64,000 bases of DNA from Candidatus Spongiisociaceae bacterium. Its GTDB lineage: Bacteria; Actinomycetota; Acidimicrobiia; Spongiisociales; Spongiisociaceae. The stretch spans positions 3,168,001 to 3,232,000 of the forward strand of contig CBDCOH010000002.1 in assembly GCA_965219685.1 (NCBI GenBank). The letters are read 5' to 3'. Made by a program: the position numbers and the translations under genes. Positions within the stretch are counted from its first letter, which is position 1. Each line of letters begins with the position of its first letter. Below are positions 1 to 9,228 of this stretch, in pieces. The notes below the pieces were generated by a model that was not told where the DNA came from, made no database searches, and worked only from the letters and a program-made list of their open reading frames with translations.

Positions 1-1356
1 GGTTTCCTGGCTAGGGATAACCCTCAGACCATCGACCAGGTCGGCTTGTACGGATCGCGCGTCAGAGCGGCCTCCAACCTGGGGGTCGCCCACGAGTGCA
101 ACCCGCAGGAGGTCAGAGACGAAACCCTTCGCCTGCTCGAAGCCGCCCGGTCGCCTCACGCCGGTCCTGTGCACATCAACGTCCCGTTCGCCAAGCCACT
201 CGAGCCGCCCGACGGCCACCGAATGCGGATCGACGCCATCCCGCCCGAAGCACCCGTGCGACAGGCCGCCGACTCCACGGCGGTAGCGGTGCTCACCGAC
301 TTCATCGCGCGGGCTCAGCGGGGGCTCATCGTCGCGGGACCTCGCGCCACCGACCCGGCCGAGAGGGCGGCGCTCGTACGGTTTTCGAAGGCGGCCGGTT
401 GGCCGATCATGGCCGACGGGATGTCGGGTATGCGTTCCTCGAGCCACGAACATCTCGTCACCACCGGGGACCTCCTTCTACGGGACATGCGCTTCGCGGC
501 GGGACACACGCCTGACGCGATCCTGCGGATCGGCGCCACCCCCACCGGTACCATCACCCAGAACTGGTTGGAGGCCCTCGAAGCTCCCACGGCCTTCCTC
601 GATCCCGACTACCGCTGGACGGCCCCGGGACCCGCGATGGTGCTGCGAGACCCGATCGCCGCGTTGCTCGAGGCGGTGTCGCCGACTCCTCTCGATCCGG
701 CATGGTCGGAGTCATGGCGCGCGGCGGAGGCACGGATAGGCGGGCTCCGCAGGCGGGAAGGCTCCCACTACCCCGACACCGAACTGGCGGTGACAGCTGC
801 AGTACTCGAGTCCGAACGGCTGGTGTGGACCGCTTCGAGCATGCCGGTTCGCCACGTCGACGCGATGATGGAACCGGGATGCGGCGCGCTGGTGCTCGGC
901 AACCGGGGCGCCTGCGGGATCGACGGAACCATCGCCTCGGCCGCCGGCGCCGCCCTGGCTTTCGGCCGGCGGGTGACCGCACTGGTCGGCGACCTCGCCT
1001 TTCTGCACGATGCCGGATCGCTCGTCGCGGCCCGCCAGCTACGCGCAGACCTAACAGTGGTGGTACTCGACAACGGCGGCGGCGCCATCTTCGAGATGCT
1101 CCCTTACCTCCGGTCGCTACGTGAAGCGGATGACCACGAAGCCCTCGCCCAAGCGAGGGAACTCTTCGTCACCCCCCACGAGCAGGATCTGGCCGCGGTG
1201 GCCGCGGGATTCGGTGTCACCGCCGAGCGTGTCTCACCACGGCGGATCGGGGACGCTCTAGCCGGGGCTCACGAGCAGTCAGGTCCCTGCGTGTTCGTCA
1301 TCCCGAGCGATCCATCCGCCATGTTCGCCGCGTACGACCGGTTGTCAAGCCTCTAG
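1..1356 (+). CDS. menD: MenD, SEPHCHC synthase (ThDP-dependent); 5' end lies outside the window
   Basis: Frame is open from base 1 (..NPQTIDQVGLYG); motifs GPVHINVPFAKPL, NRGACGIDGTIASAAG, GDLAFLHD, DNGGGAIF are typical of MenD. Confidence 0.92.
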   Translation, partial: GFLARDNPQTIDQVGLYGSRVRAASNLGVAHECNPQEVRDETLRLLEAARSPHAGPVHINVPFAKPLEPPDGHRMRIDAIPPEAPVRQAADSTAVAVLTDFIARAQRGLIVAGPRATDPAERAALVRFSKAAGWPIMADGMSGMRSSSHEHLVTTGDLLLRDMRFAAGHTPDAILRIGATPTGTITQNWLEALEAPTAFLDPDYRWTAPGPAMVLRDPIAALLEAVSPTPLDPAWSESWRAAEARIGGLRRREGSHYPDTELAVTAAVLESERLVWTASSMPVRHVDAMMEPGCGALVLGNRGACGIDGTIASAAGAALAFGRRVTALVGDLAFLHDAGSLVAARQLRADLTVVVLDNGGGAIFEMLPYLRSLREADDHEALAQARELFVTPHEQDLAAVAAGFGVTAERVSPRRIGDALAGAHEQSGPCVFVIPSDPSAMFAAYDRLSSL

Positions 1357-1409
1357 GCGGTCCAGGTACCAGTTACCAGGTCGGTCGTCGCGTACCCTCA
1401 AGAGTTACC

Positions 1410-1479
1410 ACCATTCACCACTCACCATTCACCACTCACCACTCACCACTCACCATTCACCACTCACCACTCACCACTC
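1410..1479. repeat. Tandem heptamer array (ACCAYTC)x10
   Basis: Ten contiguous units ACCACTC/ACCATTC read directly; overlaps the pncB stop codon. Confidence 0.97.
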
Positions 1480-3007
1480 ACGCCTTGAAGCCGGCAATCA
1501 GGTCCTGTTTCAGGTCGGAGAGCTCCTGGCTGAGGGATACGTGGTAGGTGTGGGGATTGACCAGTCTCCGCACGCCGGGATCGAGCCGTGCGAGATCGGC
1601 GGACCGGCGGCGCCGGGCTGCCCCGATGTCCCCCACGTCGCCGGGTACCCTCCCACCGTCCTCCAGCACCTTGACCCGGAGGGACTCGACCTCGGAGACC
1701 TGGTAGTGGCTGAGCGTCCGGGTCACCTCCGGGTAGCTGGGATGCACCAGGCGGATGGGACGTTCGTAGGGATCATGATCGTCGAGGGTGACCATGTCGG
1801 CCGTGGCGGTCCCGCGACTGTCGTAGATGCGCCAGAGCCGCTTCCGACCGGGGTTGGGCACCTTGGCCCGTGACTCGGAGATCTTGATGGCCGGGGACCA
1901 CTCGCCGTCGGCGCCCTCGATCGCCACCAGCTTGAAGACCCCTGTCGGGCTCGGATAACCGTGGGACGTGGCCAGGCGGGTTCCCACCCCGTACACGAGG
2001 CGTTCGAGCAGCCTTTCGGCGTCGACCCGGTACCGGGGAGCTTCTTCGAGGATCTGGTTACGCACTTGCCAGATGGTCAGCTCATCGAGTTCCGACGACA
2101 GGACGATCGACACGTCCGGGAAGCCCGCCTCGTCGAGAAGGGCCGCCGAGCGGATGGCGAGGTGCGCCAGATCGCCGGAGTCGAGCCGGATACCCACCGG
2201 CCTGTGCCCGCGGCCCCGTAGTTCCTCGAACACCGTGATGGCGTTGGGTATACCCGAGTTGAGGGTGTCGATGGTGTCGACCAGGAGCAGGCAGTCGTCG
2301 GGGTATACCGCGGCGTAGGCCCGGAAGGCCTCGAGTTCGCTACCCGAGTCCGCCATGAACACCTGAACCATCGAGTGGGCGTGGGTTCCCTTGGAAGGGA
2401 ATCCGAAGCGGTAGGAGGCGGCGAAGTTGGAGGAACCTACGGCACCGCCCACCAGGGAGGAGCGGGTAGCCACGTTGGCCGCCGCATCCGGGGCCCGACG
2501 CATTCCGAACTCCATCACGGCGGCGCCACCCGCGGCCTCCACCACGCGTGAGGTCTTGGTTGCGATCAGGGTTGCGTAGTTGAGACGGTTGAGGAGGGGG
2601 GTCTCCAGTAGTTGGGCAACGGCCAGCGGTGCTTCGACGGTGAGAATCGGCGTGTTGGGATGGACCACCCTGCCTTCGGGCACCGCCCACATCGAGACGG
2701 CTCCGAAACCTCCCGAACCGGCGACCCAGTCGATGAACGACTCCTCGAACAGGCGACCGCCCACGCTTGTCCTGATCTCGCGCAGGGCCGCCATCTCCTC
2801 GTCGCCGAACCAGGTCCTGTCCATCCAGTCGAGCAACGGCCCCAGCCCGGCGGTTATGCAATAGCCCGCCTGGTGGCTCCCGTAGTCCGGGTACGAGCGG
2901 AAGTAGTAGTCGAACTGCGCGGTGCGCTCGGCCAGCCCGTAGCGGTGGTAGAGCTGCGCCATCGTCAACTGGTAATGGTCCGTGAAGAGAATGCCCTCGG
3001 TAAGCAC
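1478..3007 (-). CDS. pncB: Nicotinate phosphoribosyltransferase
   Basis: TDHYQLTM, EFGMRR, GTHAHS, LLVDT, GIRLDSGD, YGVGT motifs; TAAGGT 6 nt before the GTG (probable leaderless start). Confidence 0.93.
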   Translation of the reverse strand: MLTEGILFTDHYQLTMAQLYHRYGLAERTAQFDYYFRSYPDYGSHQAGYCITAGLGPLLDWMDRTWFGDEEMAALREIRTSVGGRLFEESFIDWVAGSGGFGAVSMWAVPEGRVVHPNTPILTVEAPLAVAQLLETPLLNRLNYATLIATKTSRVVEAAGGAAVMEFGMRRAPDAAANVATRSSLVGGAVGSSNFAASYRFGFPSKGTHAHSMVQVFMADSGSELEAFRAYAAVYPDDCLLLVDTIDTLNSGIPNAITVFEELRGRGHRPVGIRLDSGDLAHLAIRSAALLDEAGFPDVSIVLSSELDELTIWQVRNQILEEAPRYRVDAERLLERLVYGVGTRLATSHGYPSPTGVFKLVAIEGADGEWSPAIKISESRAKVPNPGRKRLWRIYDSRGTATADMVTLDDHDPYERPIRLVHPSYPEVTRTLSHYQVSEVESLRVKVLEDGGRVPGDVGDIGAARRRRSADLARLDPGVRRLVNPHTYHVSLSQELSDLKQDLIAGFKA

Positions 3008-3133
3008 GTCCGCACCTTAACCGTCTACTGCTTCCCCCCATAGAAGGGCGACAACCCGGCACAACCGTTTCCGGTCGTCAACGGTCGTGCAACACCACGC
3101 ACCGGCGGGCCTTGCGACTAACCTCCCTGGACC

Positions 3134-3721
3134 ATGACGACGTATGACAGCGGGACGGCCCTGGTGGTGGTGGACGTCCAGAACGATTTCGCCGATCCGT
3201 CGGGAAGCCTCTATGTCCGGGGAGGGGATACGGAGGTAGTCCCGGCCGTCAACCGGGAGGTCGGCGAGGCAGTCGAGGCGGGTGCCAGCATCTTCTACAC
3301 GCAGGATTGGCACCCCGAGCGGACACCCCACTTCGCGATCGACGGCGGGATCTGGCCGGTGCACTGCGTCGGCGGCTCGAGCGGGGCGGACTTCCATCCC
3401 GACCTACGGGTCGAGGGTCCGAGCGTGCACAAGGGCGCCAACGGCGAGGACGGCTACTCGGGCTTCACGATGCGGGATCCCGTATCCGGCGAGACCATCC
3501 CCACTCCCCTGGCCTCGATGATCCGGGACGCCGGTTGCGGGCGGGTCGTCGTGATCGGGCTGGCGCTCGACTACTGCGTGAAGGACACCGCCCTCGACTC
3601 GGCACGGGAGGGTTTCGACACGACGGTGCTGCTCGGCGCCACCGCCGCCGTCAACCTGGCCCCGGACGACGGCGACAAGGCCATCGCGGAGTTGCGACAG
3701 GCCGGGGTGACAGTCGGATAA
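3134..3721 (+). CDS. pncA: Nicotinamidase/pyrazinamidase (isochorismatase fold)
   Basis: DVQNDF, DWHP..HF..WPVHCV, KG..DGYSGF, GLALDYCV; divergent from pncB. Confidence 0.9.
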   Translation: MTTYDSGTALVVVDVQNDFADPSGSLYVRGGDTEVVPAVNREVGEAVEAGASIFYTQDWHPERTPHFAIDGGIWPVHCVGGSSGADFHPDLRVEGPSVHKGANGEDGYSGFTMRDPVSGETIPTPLASMIRDAGCGRVVVIGLALDYCVKDTALDSAREGFDTTVLLGATAAVNLAPDDGDKAIAELRQAGVTVG

Positions 3722-3728
3722 GCGGGAC

Positions 3729-4589
3729 ATTTCCTCCATCCGCGCCGAGATCATCCCCCACATCGACGACATCGGCGTGACGCTCGGCTCGGTGACCGCG
3801 ATGGACGAGTTGGCCGGGGCCGGTTTCGTCACCTCCGGTTCCCTGATGGCCCCCTGCCCCTGGTTCCCGGATGTGGCTGCGATGGCCGCCCGCCGTCCCG
3901 GCTTGGACCTGGGACTGCACCTAACCCTCACTTCGGAATCTGCGCGGATGAGGTGGCGTCCCATGTCGACCGCTTCCATGGCCTCTGGCCTGATCGACGA
4001 CGACGGCTTCATGTGGTCAACCGTCCCGGCGCTGCGCGCCAACGCGCATCCCGGCGCGGTCGAGGAGGAGCTGGAAGCCCAGATCGCCGCCGCCCGGAGT
4101 GCCGGCATCGTGCTGACCCACCTCGATCACCACATGGGTGGGGCCTTCGCGCCGGAGTTCGCCGAGACCACCATCAGGGTCGCCGGGCGGCACCGTCTAC
4201 CGTTCCTCCTCCCGCGGGATCCGGCCGCATATGCGGCTGTCCTCAACTGGGGTCCGGCCGATCTCGAGATCCTGCGCGGTCTCCGGGATGACGCCGTGAC
4301 GGCAGGGGCGATCCCTACCGATCGTTTCCTGATGGGGCTGACCTTCCAGGACGAGGATCCCGCCACGGTCTACCGGCGGTTCATGGAGGAAGCCGCCGGC
4401 CTGTCATTCCTGTCCATGCACTGCAACGCACCGGGCGAAGTGTGGGCCGTACATCCCAACGACGCCGCCTGGCGGGTGGCCGAGTTCGAATGGGCGCGGG
4501 ACGGAGCGACCGGGATCCCGAGCGACGTGTCCCTCTCGGATTTCCGGAAGGTGGGCTCGAGGTGGGGATGGAACACACCGGACCGGTAG
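3729..4589 (+). CDS. YdjC/ChbG-family carbohydrate deacetylase-like protein; start uncertain (first canonical start is GTG 3777)
   Basis: IIPHIDDIG, SGSLM, GLHLTLTSE, THLDHHMG, MHC motifs. Confidence 0.8.
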   Translation: MSSIRAEIIPHIDDIGVTLGSVTAMDELAGAGFVTSGSLMAPCPWFPDVAAMAARRPGLDLGLHLTLTSESARMRWRPMSTASMASGLIDDDGFMWSTVPALRANAHPGAVEEELEAQIAAARSAGIVLTHLDHHMGGAFAPEFAETTIRVAGRHRLPFLLPRDPAAYAAVLNWGPADLEILRGLRDDAVTAGAIPTDRFLMGLTFQDEDPATVYRRFMEEAAGLSFLSMHCNAPGEVWAVHPNDAAWRVAEFEWARDGATGIPSDVSLSDFRKVGSRWGWNTPDR

Positions 4590-4819
4590 GCGCCGAGGCC
4601 CGCTAGGGCTGATCGCGGGGATCGAGCGCCGTCGGGCCCCCCACGACCGAGCCGGAGTTACCCGGCCCTGCCAGCGAGTTCGGTCTCGGCCAAGACTGCA
4701 CGCACCGGTTGCAAGACTTCTTCATGACCGCCGGACTCAGTTCTTGCTGCTTAGTCTGATTGGTATAACAGAAGGGATGGCGTACTATTACTTATGCTTA
4801 GAAGACAGGGTGTCAGGCG

Positions 4820-5311
4820 GTGACAGCGCAATTGTGGCTAAACCCGCTGGTCTATGTGCTGATCCTGGCAGTTGCTACAGCCTTGATCAGGGCGGGAATG
4901 TGGGTAGGAGGTGTCAACGAGCACAAGCGCGTCGTAACCGACTTCATGGCCGAGATCCGCGAGGACATCAAGAAACTGCTGCGCCGGAGCGGATCCGCTG
5001 GCGTCACCGGCGACAGCCCACTGAGGTTGAACGAACTCGGTGACGCCATCGCAGCCGAGCTGGACGCAGCCTCATGGGCACAGCAGACCGCGGCCCGCGT
5101 TCGAGACCGGGTGGAAGGCGAGCGTCCGTACGAAATCCAGGAGTTCTGCCTCGAATACCTCGACTCCGAAGAGTTCCGGCCATCCGAGGAGTTCACAGTC
5201 GCGATCAGAACCTGTGCCTACGATCACGGTCTCGACGACGATCAGGTCCGGTTCGGGTTGGCGATCGTGCTCCGGGATGAGCTGCTGGCAACCACCACGG
5301 TCCACTCGTAA
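4820..5311 (+). CDS. Hypothetical protein with N-terminal TM helix
   Basis: 163 aa, hydrophobic N-terminus followed by helical acidic domain; AT-rich upstream region with TTGCTG..TATAAC. Confidence 0.7.
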   Translation: MTAQLWLNPLVYVLILAVATALIRAGMWVGGVNEHKRVVTDFMAEIREDIKKLLRRSGSAGVTGDSPLRLNELGDAIAAELDAASWAQQTAARVRDRVEGERPYEIQEFCLEYLDSEEFRPSEEFTVAIRTCAYDHGLDDDQVRFGLAIVLRDELLATTTVHS

Positions 5312-5489
5312 CAACCGTGTTGTCGCACGTCCGAGACGAAGTTGTATCGAGCAAGTACATCAGTCGACTCTTGCCGACAGGCGCGCTCCTCACGAGGGCG
5401 GATTGGTAGATCCACGGTCCGACTCCGCGGGTTGAGCACAGCGCGGCCACGAAGCTGCGCACGTCCTCGGCCAGCTCATCTACCGACGC

Positions 5490-6335
5490 TCAGGTTGGTC
5501 GGCCCGGCTCCGGTCCGGTCGCCACAGGGAAACCCGCGGTGGACCAGTCGGACCAGGAGCCGGGGTACAGGGTCGCCTCCGGCCACCCGGCCAGCTGCAG
5601 GGCCAGGATGTTGTGGCATGCCGTCACCCCGCTGCCACAGGAACTCACGACAGGAACGCGAGGATCGAGACCCAAGTCCGCGAAGCGCCCGGCCAGCAGG
5701 TCGGGTGACTTGAACAGGCCGTCCCCGCCGAGGTTTCCGTCGGTAGGCGCGGAGATGGAAGTCGGTATGTGGCCGGCGGCAGGGTCCACCGTCTCGTTCT
5801 CGCCCCGGTAGCGGTCCGCGGGCCGGGCGTCGATCACCTGGACGGTTCCCAGGCAGGCGCGAAGGGCGTGACGATCGATCGTCGGCGTGAAACCTCGGGC
5901 TGCCAGGAACTCTGTGGATGGAACCTCCGGCACGTCCGTCGTGGTCGGGTGACCCTCGGCGGTCCACTGCCCGTAGCCGCCGTCCAGGACGCTCACGTCG
6001 CCGTGGCCCACGCTCCGCAGCATCCACCACAGCCGGGCCGCGATCGCACCCGGCCCCTGGTCATAGACCACGACGTGGTGGAGATTGCCGATCCCGTGGC
6101 GACCCATCAGAGCACGGAAGTCCTCGGTTGCCGGGAGCGGGTGGCGTCCCGGCCCGGTGGGAGCCGAGAGGTCCGTGTCGAGGTCGAGGAACACCGCGCC
6201 CGGTATGTGACCCTTCTCGTGCTGATGCCGCCCTTCGCCCGGCTCCAGCAGGTACCAGCGGGTGTCGACCACCCGGATACCGGGATCGTCCAGCCATTCC
6301 GCCAGCCACGCACAGGAGACGACCGGGGTTGTCAT
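5490..6335 (-). CDS. Tandem-domain rhodanese / 3-mercaptopyruvate sulfurtransferase (SseA-like)
   Basis: GHIPGAVF, GRHPLP, RLWWML, GHIP, CGSGVTAC, LYPGSWSDW; ATG 6335 overlaps the upstream stop (ATGA). Confidence 0.9.
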   Translation of the reverse strand: MTTPVVSCAWLAEWLDDPGIRVVDTRWYLLEPGEGRHQHEKGHIPGAVFLDLDTDLSAPTGPGRHPLPATEDFRALMGRHGIGNLHHVVVYDQGPGAIAARLWWMLRSVGHGDVSVLDGGYGQWTAEGHPTTTDVPEVPSTEFLAARGFTPTIDRHALRACLGTVQVIDARPADRYRGENETVDPAAGHIPTSISAPTDGNLGGDGLFKSPDLLAGRFADLGLDPRVPVVSSCGSGVTACHNILALQLAGWPEATLYPGSWSDWSTAGFPVATGPEPGRPT

Positions 6336-6850
6336 CCTCCGGGACCGGAGGGCAATGCACCCGGCCGGTAGCGGGTGCCCAGCATCGGTCCCACCGACGA
6401 GAAAGAGAAGGCCATCCGGATGATCACGTACCATGCCAGCACCACCGACTCCATTGGAACCTGCATCTGTGCGTGAAGGTGCATCCGCCTGGTCGTCCAC
6501 ATCAGCAACTCCGCTACCTCGGCTCCCGGAGGCCCGAGAGTCCACCTTCCCTTGAGCCCCGATCGGTTGGTCAACTCGTAGCTGGACCGGCTACCGGACA
6601 GACCCCAGCGCCGGCCCCAGGGATCGAGCCTCTCGGCGGACAGGAGCACCCGGTCTGCCTCCAGGAGGCTAAGTCCGTCGGCCCCGTCAGGGAGGATCAT
6701 CCAGACGGTGCCGCCCGGAAGGTCCACCCGGGCGCTACGGCGTCGCGCCGGGACTGCCCTGGCCAGGGTTCCGGCCGGAGAGTGGAATCTCCAGACAGGG
6801 GCTGGACCCCGGCGGGAGATGGTCATCACCTCGGGCGCCTCCGGCGTCAT
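6332..6850 (-). CDS. Hypothetical protein
   Basis: 172-aa ORF with 4-bp overlaps to both neighbours. Confidence 0.55.
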   Translation of the reverse strand: MTPEAPEVMTISRRGPAPVWRFHSPAGTLARAVPARRRSARVDLPGGTVWMILPDGADGLSLLEADRVLLSAERLDPWGRRWGLSGSRSSYELTNRSGLKGRWTLGPPGAEVAELLMWTTRRMHLHAQMQVPMESVVLAWYVIIRMAFSFSSVGPMLGTRYRPGALPSGPGG

Positions 6851-7191
6851 CGAGCTTCCGCTTCGTCCGGAGCGCGGCGTTGCCGGGCGCGGGCGGCTGT
6901 GCTGCAGGCGACATCCCGCACGGTCACATCGATAGCGTCCGCAAGCGATCCGAAGGCCTTCCTGGCGGCGGCGCGTATCTCAGGATCAGTCACGGTCCCG
7001 CCCAGCGCCTGGCCCAGGCCCTGGGCCGCCCCCGCGAACTCGCTCCAAGCCCGGCGGAGCTCCCCCCTCGTCGTCTCCCTGCTCCCCGGATCCGCGAACC
7101 CGGATCGCAGTAGGTCACCCAGTTCCGCGAAGCCGGCGGCAACCTCCTCCCACGGAGCATCAGGTTCACGGTCGCCTCTAACATCGTCCAT
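6847..7191 (-). CDS. Hypothetical helical protein
   Basis: ATG 7191 preceded by GGAGG; 114 aa (WEEVAAGFAELGDLLR..); coupled to the next gene. Confidence 0.65.
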   Translation of the reverse strand: MDDVRGDREPDAPWEEVAAGFAELGDLLRSGFADPGSRETTRGELRRAWSEFAGAAQGLGQALGGTVTDPEIRAAARKAFGSLADAIDVTVRDVACSTAARARQRRAPDEAEAR

Positions 7192-8097
7192 GTGAACCTC
7201 CACCTGCTCGATGCTACCTACGAACTGTTCCGAGCCTACTTCGGATTTCCGAATAGGAGAGCACCCGACGGACGGGAGGTAGGGGCGGTCTACGGGATCA
7301 TCGACACCACCCTCCGCCTGCTGAGACAGGAAGGCGTCTCGCATCTGGCGGCGGCGACCGATGCCGTCATCGAGTCGTTCCGCAACGACATGTTCGAGGG
7401 ATACAAGACGGGAGAAGGGGTCGAGCCGGATCTGTTGCAGCAGTTCCCGCTGGCCGAGGAGGCGCTCGAGATCATAGGGGTGACGGTATGGGCCATGCGC
7501 GAGTTCGAGGCCGACGACGCTATCGCCACCGCGGCCCTTCGCTGGGCCGACGATGTGGACAGGGTGGTGATCCTGAGTCCGGACAAGGACCTTATGCAAT
7601 GCGTGATCGACGACCGGGTGGTGACCTACAACCGTCGAGCGCGCAAGCAGTTCGACGAGTCGGGAGTCGTGGAGAAGTTCGGGGTTCTCCCCACCTCGAT
7701 CCCCGACTACCTGGCTCTGGTGGGGGACTCGGCGGACGGCGTACCGGGGATCCGCGCTTGGGGACCCAAGTCGACATCCACGGTCCTGGCCCGGTACGTG
7801 CGCATCGAGCGCATCCCGGACTCGGCCGCGTCATGGGACGTGAAGGTGAGGGGAGCAGCCCGGCTGTCGGCCAACCTTGAGGCATCCCGGCCTGAGGCCC
7901 TCCTCTACCGGACCCTCACCACCCTGCGCCGTGACGTCCCGCTCGCCGAGTCGCTGGAGGAGCTCGAGTGGAAGGGCGTCGACCGGGAGCGCTTCATGGA
8001 CCTGTGCGACCGGCTCGGGTTCGGCAGGATCCGGCGCCGTCCGCACCGTTGGGCTCCCGGCAATGCCGACCCTTGGACCAGAAAAGCGAATGCCTGA
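7192..8097 (+). CDS. Stand-alone 5'-3' exonuclease / flap endonuclease (PolA N-terminal-like)
   Basis: LLDATYELFRAYF, FRN..GYK, EADDAIAT, SPDKDL, LVGDSADG.PG H3TH motif. Confidence 0.9.
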   Translation: MNLHLLDATYELFRAYFGFPNRRAPDGREVGAVYGIIDTTLRLLRQEGVSHLAAATDAVIESFRNDMFEGYKTGEGVEPDLLQQFPLAEEALEIIGVTVWAMREFEADDAIATAALRWADDVDRVVILSPDKDLMQCVIDDRVVTYNRRARKQFDESGVVEKFGVLPTSIPDYLALVGDSADGVPGIRAWGPKSTSTVLARYVRIERIPDSAASWDVKVRGAARLSANLEASRPEALLYRTLTTLRRDVPLAESLEELEWKGVDRERFMDLCDRLGFGRIRRRPHRWAPGNADPWTRKANA

Positions 8098-8660
8098 GGC
8101 GAGCGCGAACTGATGTGTTCGCCATCCGGGTAGGGGAGAGCGAAGACCCTCTCGCCGCTGACCGGACCGCGCGGCATGGGTTATTACCTTGACGTTTGGC
8201 CTGTTTTGTGCTCTACTTCCCGGGAACACGACGCGCTCATCCAGAGCGGTGGAGGGACAGGCCCTGCGAAGCCGCGGCAACCGTCACGAGCGGTGCCAAT
8301 GCCTGATCGATGAGTCTGCCGAAGCGGATTTCCGCTCGCGGCGCTCGAGGAGCGCGTAGCCGGCGAGAGGAGAACTGCCACATGGACGCCCTGCACATAC
8401 CCACCGCCCCGCAGCGCGAGGACATGTGTTGTCCCGGCTCCCGGGTGGCCCACCCGGGCGGGACCTCTCACCGCCCGTAGACAACGCCACCACCCGGGAG
8501 CGACTGGAGGCCGGCAGGCCGCGGCGTTTGATCGGATCGACCGGGAACCCTCTCGATGGAATCTCAGGGAGGATCCCACGGCCGGATGCCCATCTCCGGG
8601 ATGAAGATCAGATAACAGTCACGAAGACTCGAGCAACCAAGAGAACCAGAAGGAGAAACC

Positions 8661-9218
8661 ATGAGTAAAGGTGAGATCAACGGAGTGGACACGGACCACT
8701 TGCTGTTCGCGCGGGGCGTCGTCGGCGACACACCGGCGGCCGGCGACTACACGTGGCGGGCCTCCAACGAGTGGACCCGCGGAACGCATAGCAAGACGAC
8801 CATCGGCGGCTACTTCGGCCTCGGCGAGGAGCGCAACCACAAAGGGACCTACGAGTTCGAAGCCGACCATCCTCTGGAGTTCAACGCGGAGGACAACGCC
8901 GCCACCCCGGTCGAGATCGTGCTGGCCGGTCTGGCGAGTTGCCTGACGGCCGGCGTGGCGGCGGTGGCCGAGAACCGCGAGATCAAGCTGCGTTCGGTGA
9001 AGGCGACGCTCGAAGCCGACATGAACATCGGAGGCATCCTCGGATCGGATCCCGATGTCAGGAACGGGTTCAGCGACGTGCGCGTCAACTACGAGGTCGA
9101 CGCCGACGATACGAGCCAGGCGGACCTCGAAGCTCTGGTGGCCCAGTCGCAGAAGATCTCGGCCGTGTTCGACATCCTGACCAATCCCACCAACGTGACC
9201 GTCGGGGTCAGTTCGTAA
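8661..9218 (+). CDS. OsmC-family protein
   Basis: TPVEIVLAGLASCLTAG, GILG..VRNGF; AAGGAG RBS. Confidence 0.85.
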   Translation: MSKGEINGVDTDHLLFARGVVGDTPAAGDYTWRASNEWTRGTHSKTTIGGYFGLGEERNHKGTYEFEADHPLEFNAEDNAATPVEIVLAGLASCLTAGVAAVAENREIKLRSVKATLEADMNIGGILGSDPDVRNGFSDVRVNYEVDADDTSQADLEALVAQSQKISAVFDILTNPTNVTVGVSS

Positions 9219-9228
9219 GAGGGACCTG

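Noticed and set aside
1410-1479. Heptamer arrays as a CRISPR array
   Set aside because: Contiguous 7-bp units with no unique spacers and no cas genes
3008-3133. NAD-regulator (NrtR) operator or riboswitch between pncB and pncA
   Set aside because: No convincing palindrome or recognisable RNA motif by eye
8340-8385. Peptide LLSPATRSS appears here (minus strand) and at ~24090-24120 (plus strand) with different codons
   Set aside because: Flanks do not align and neither ORF looks real; a rough estimate gives about one such 9-aa match by chance in six frames of GC-rich DNA this long
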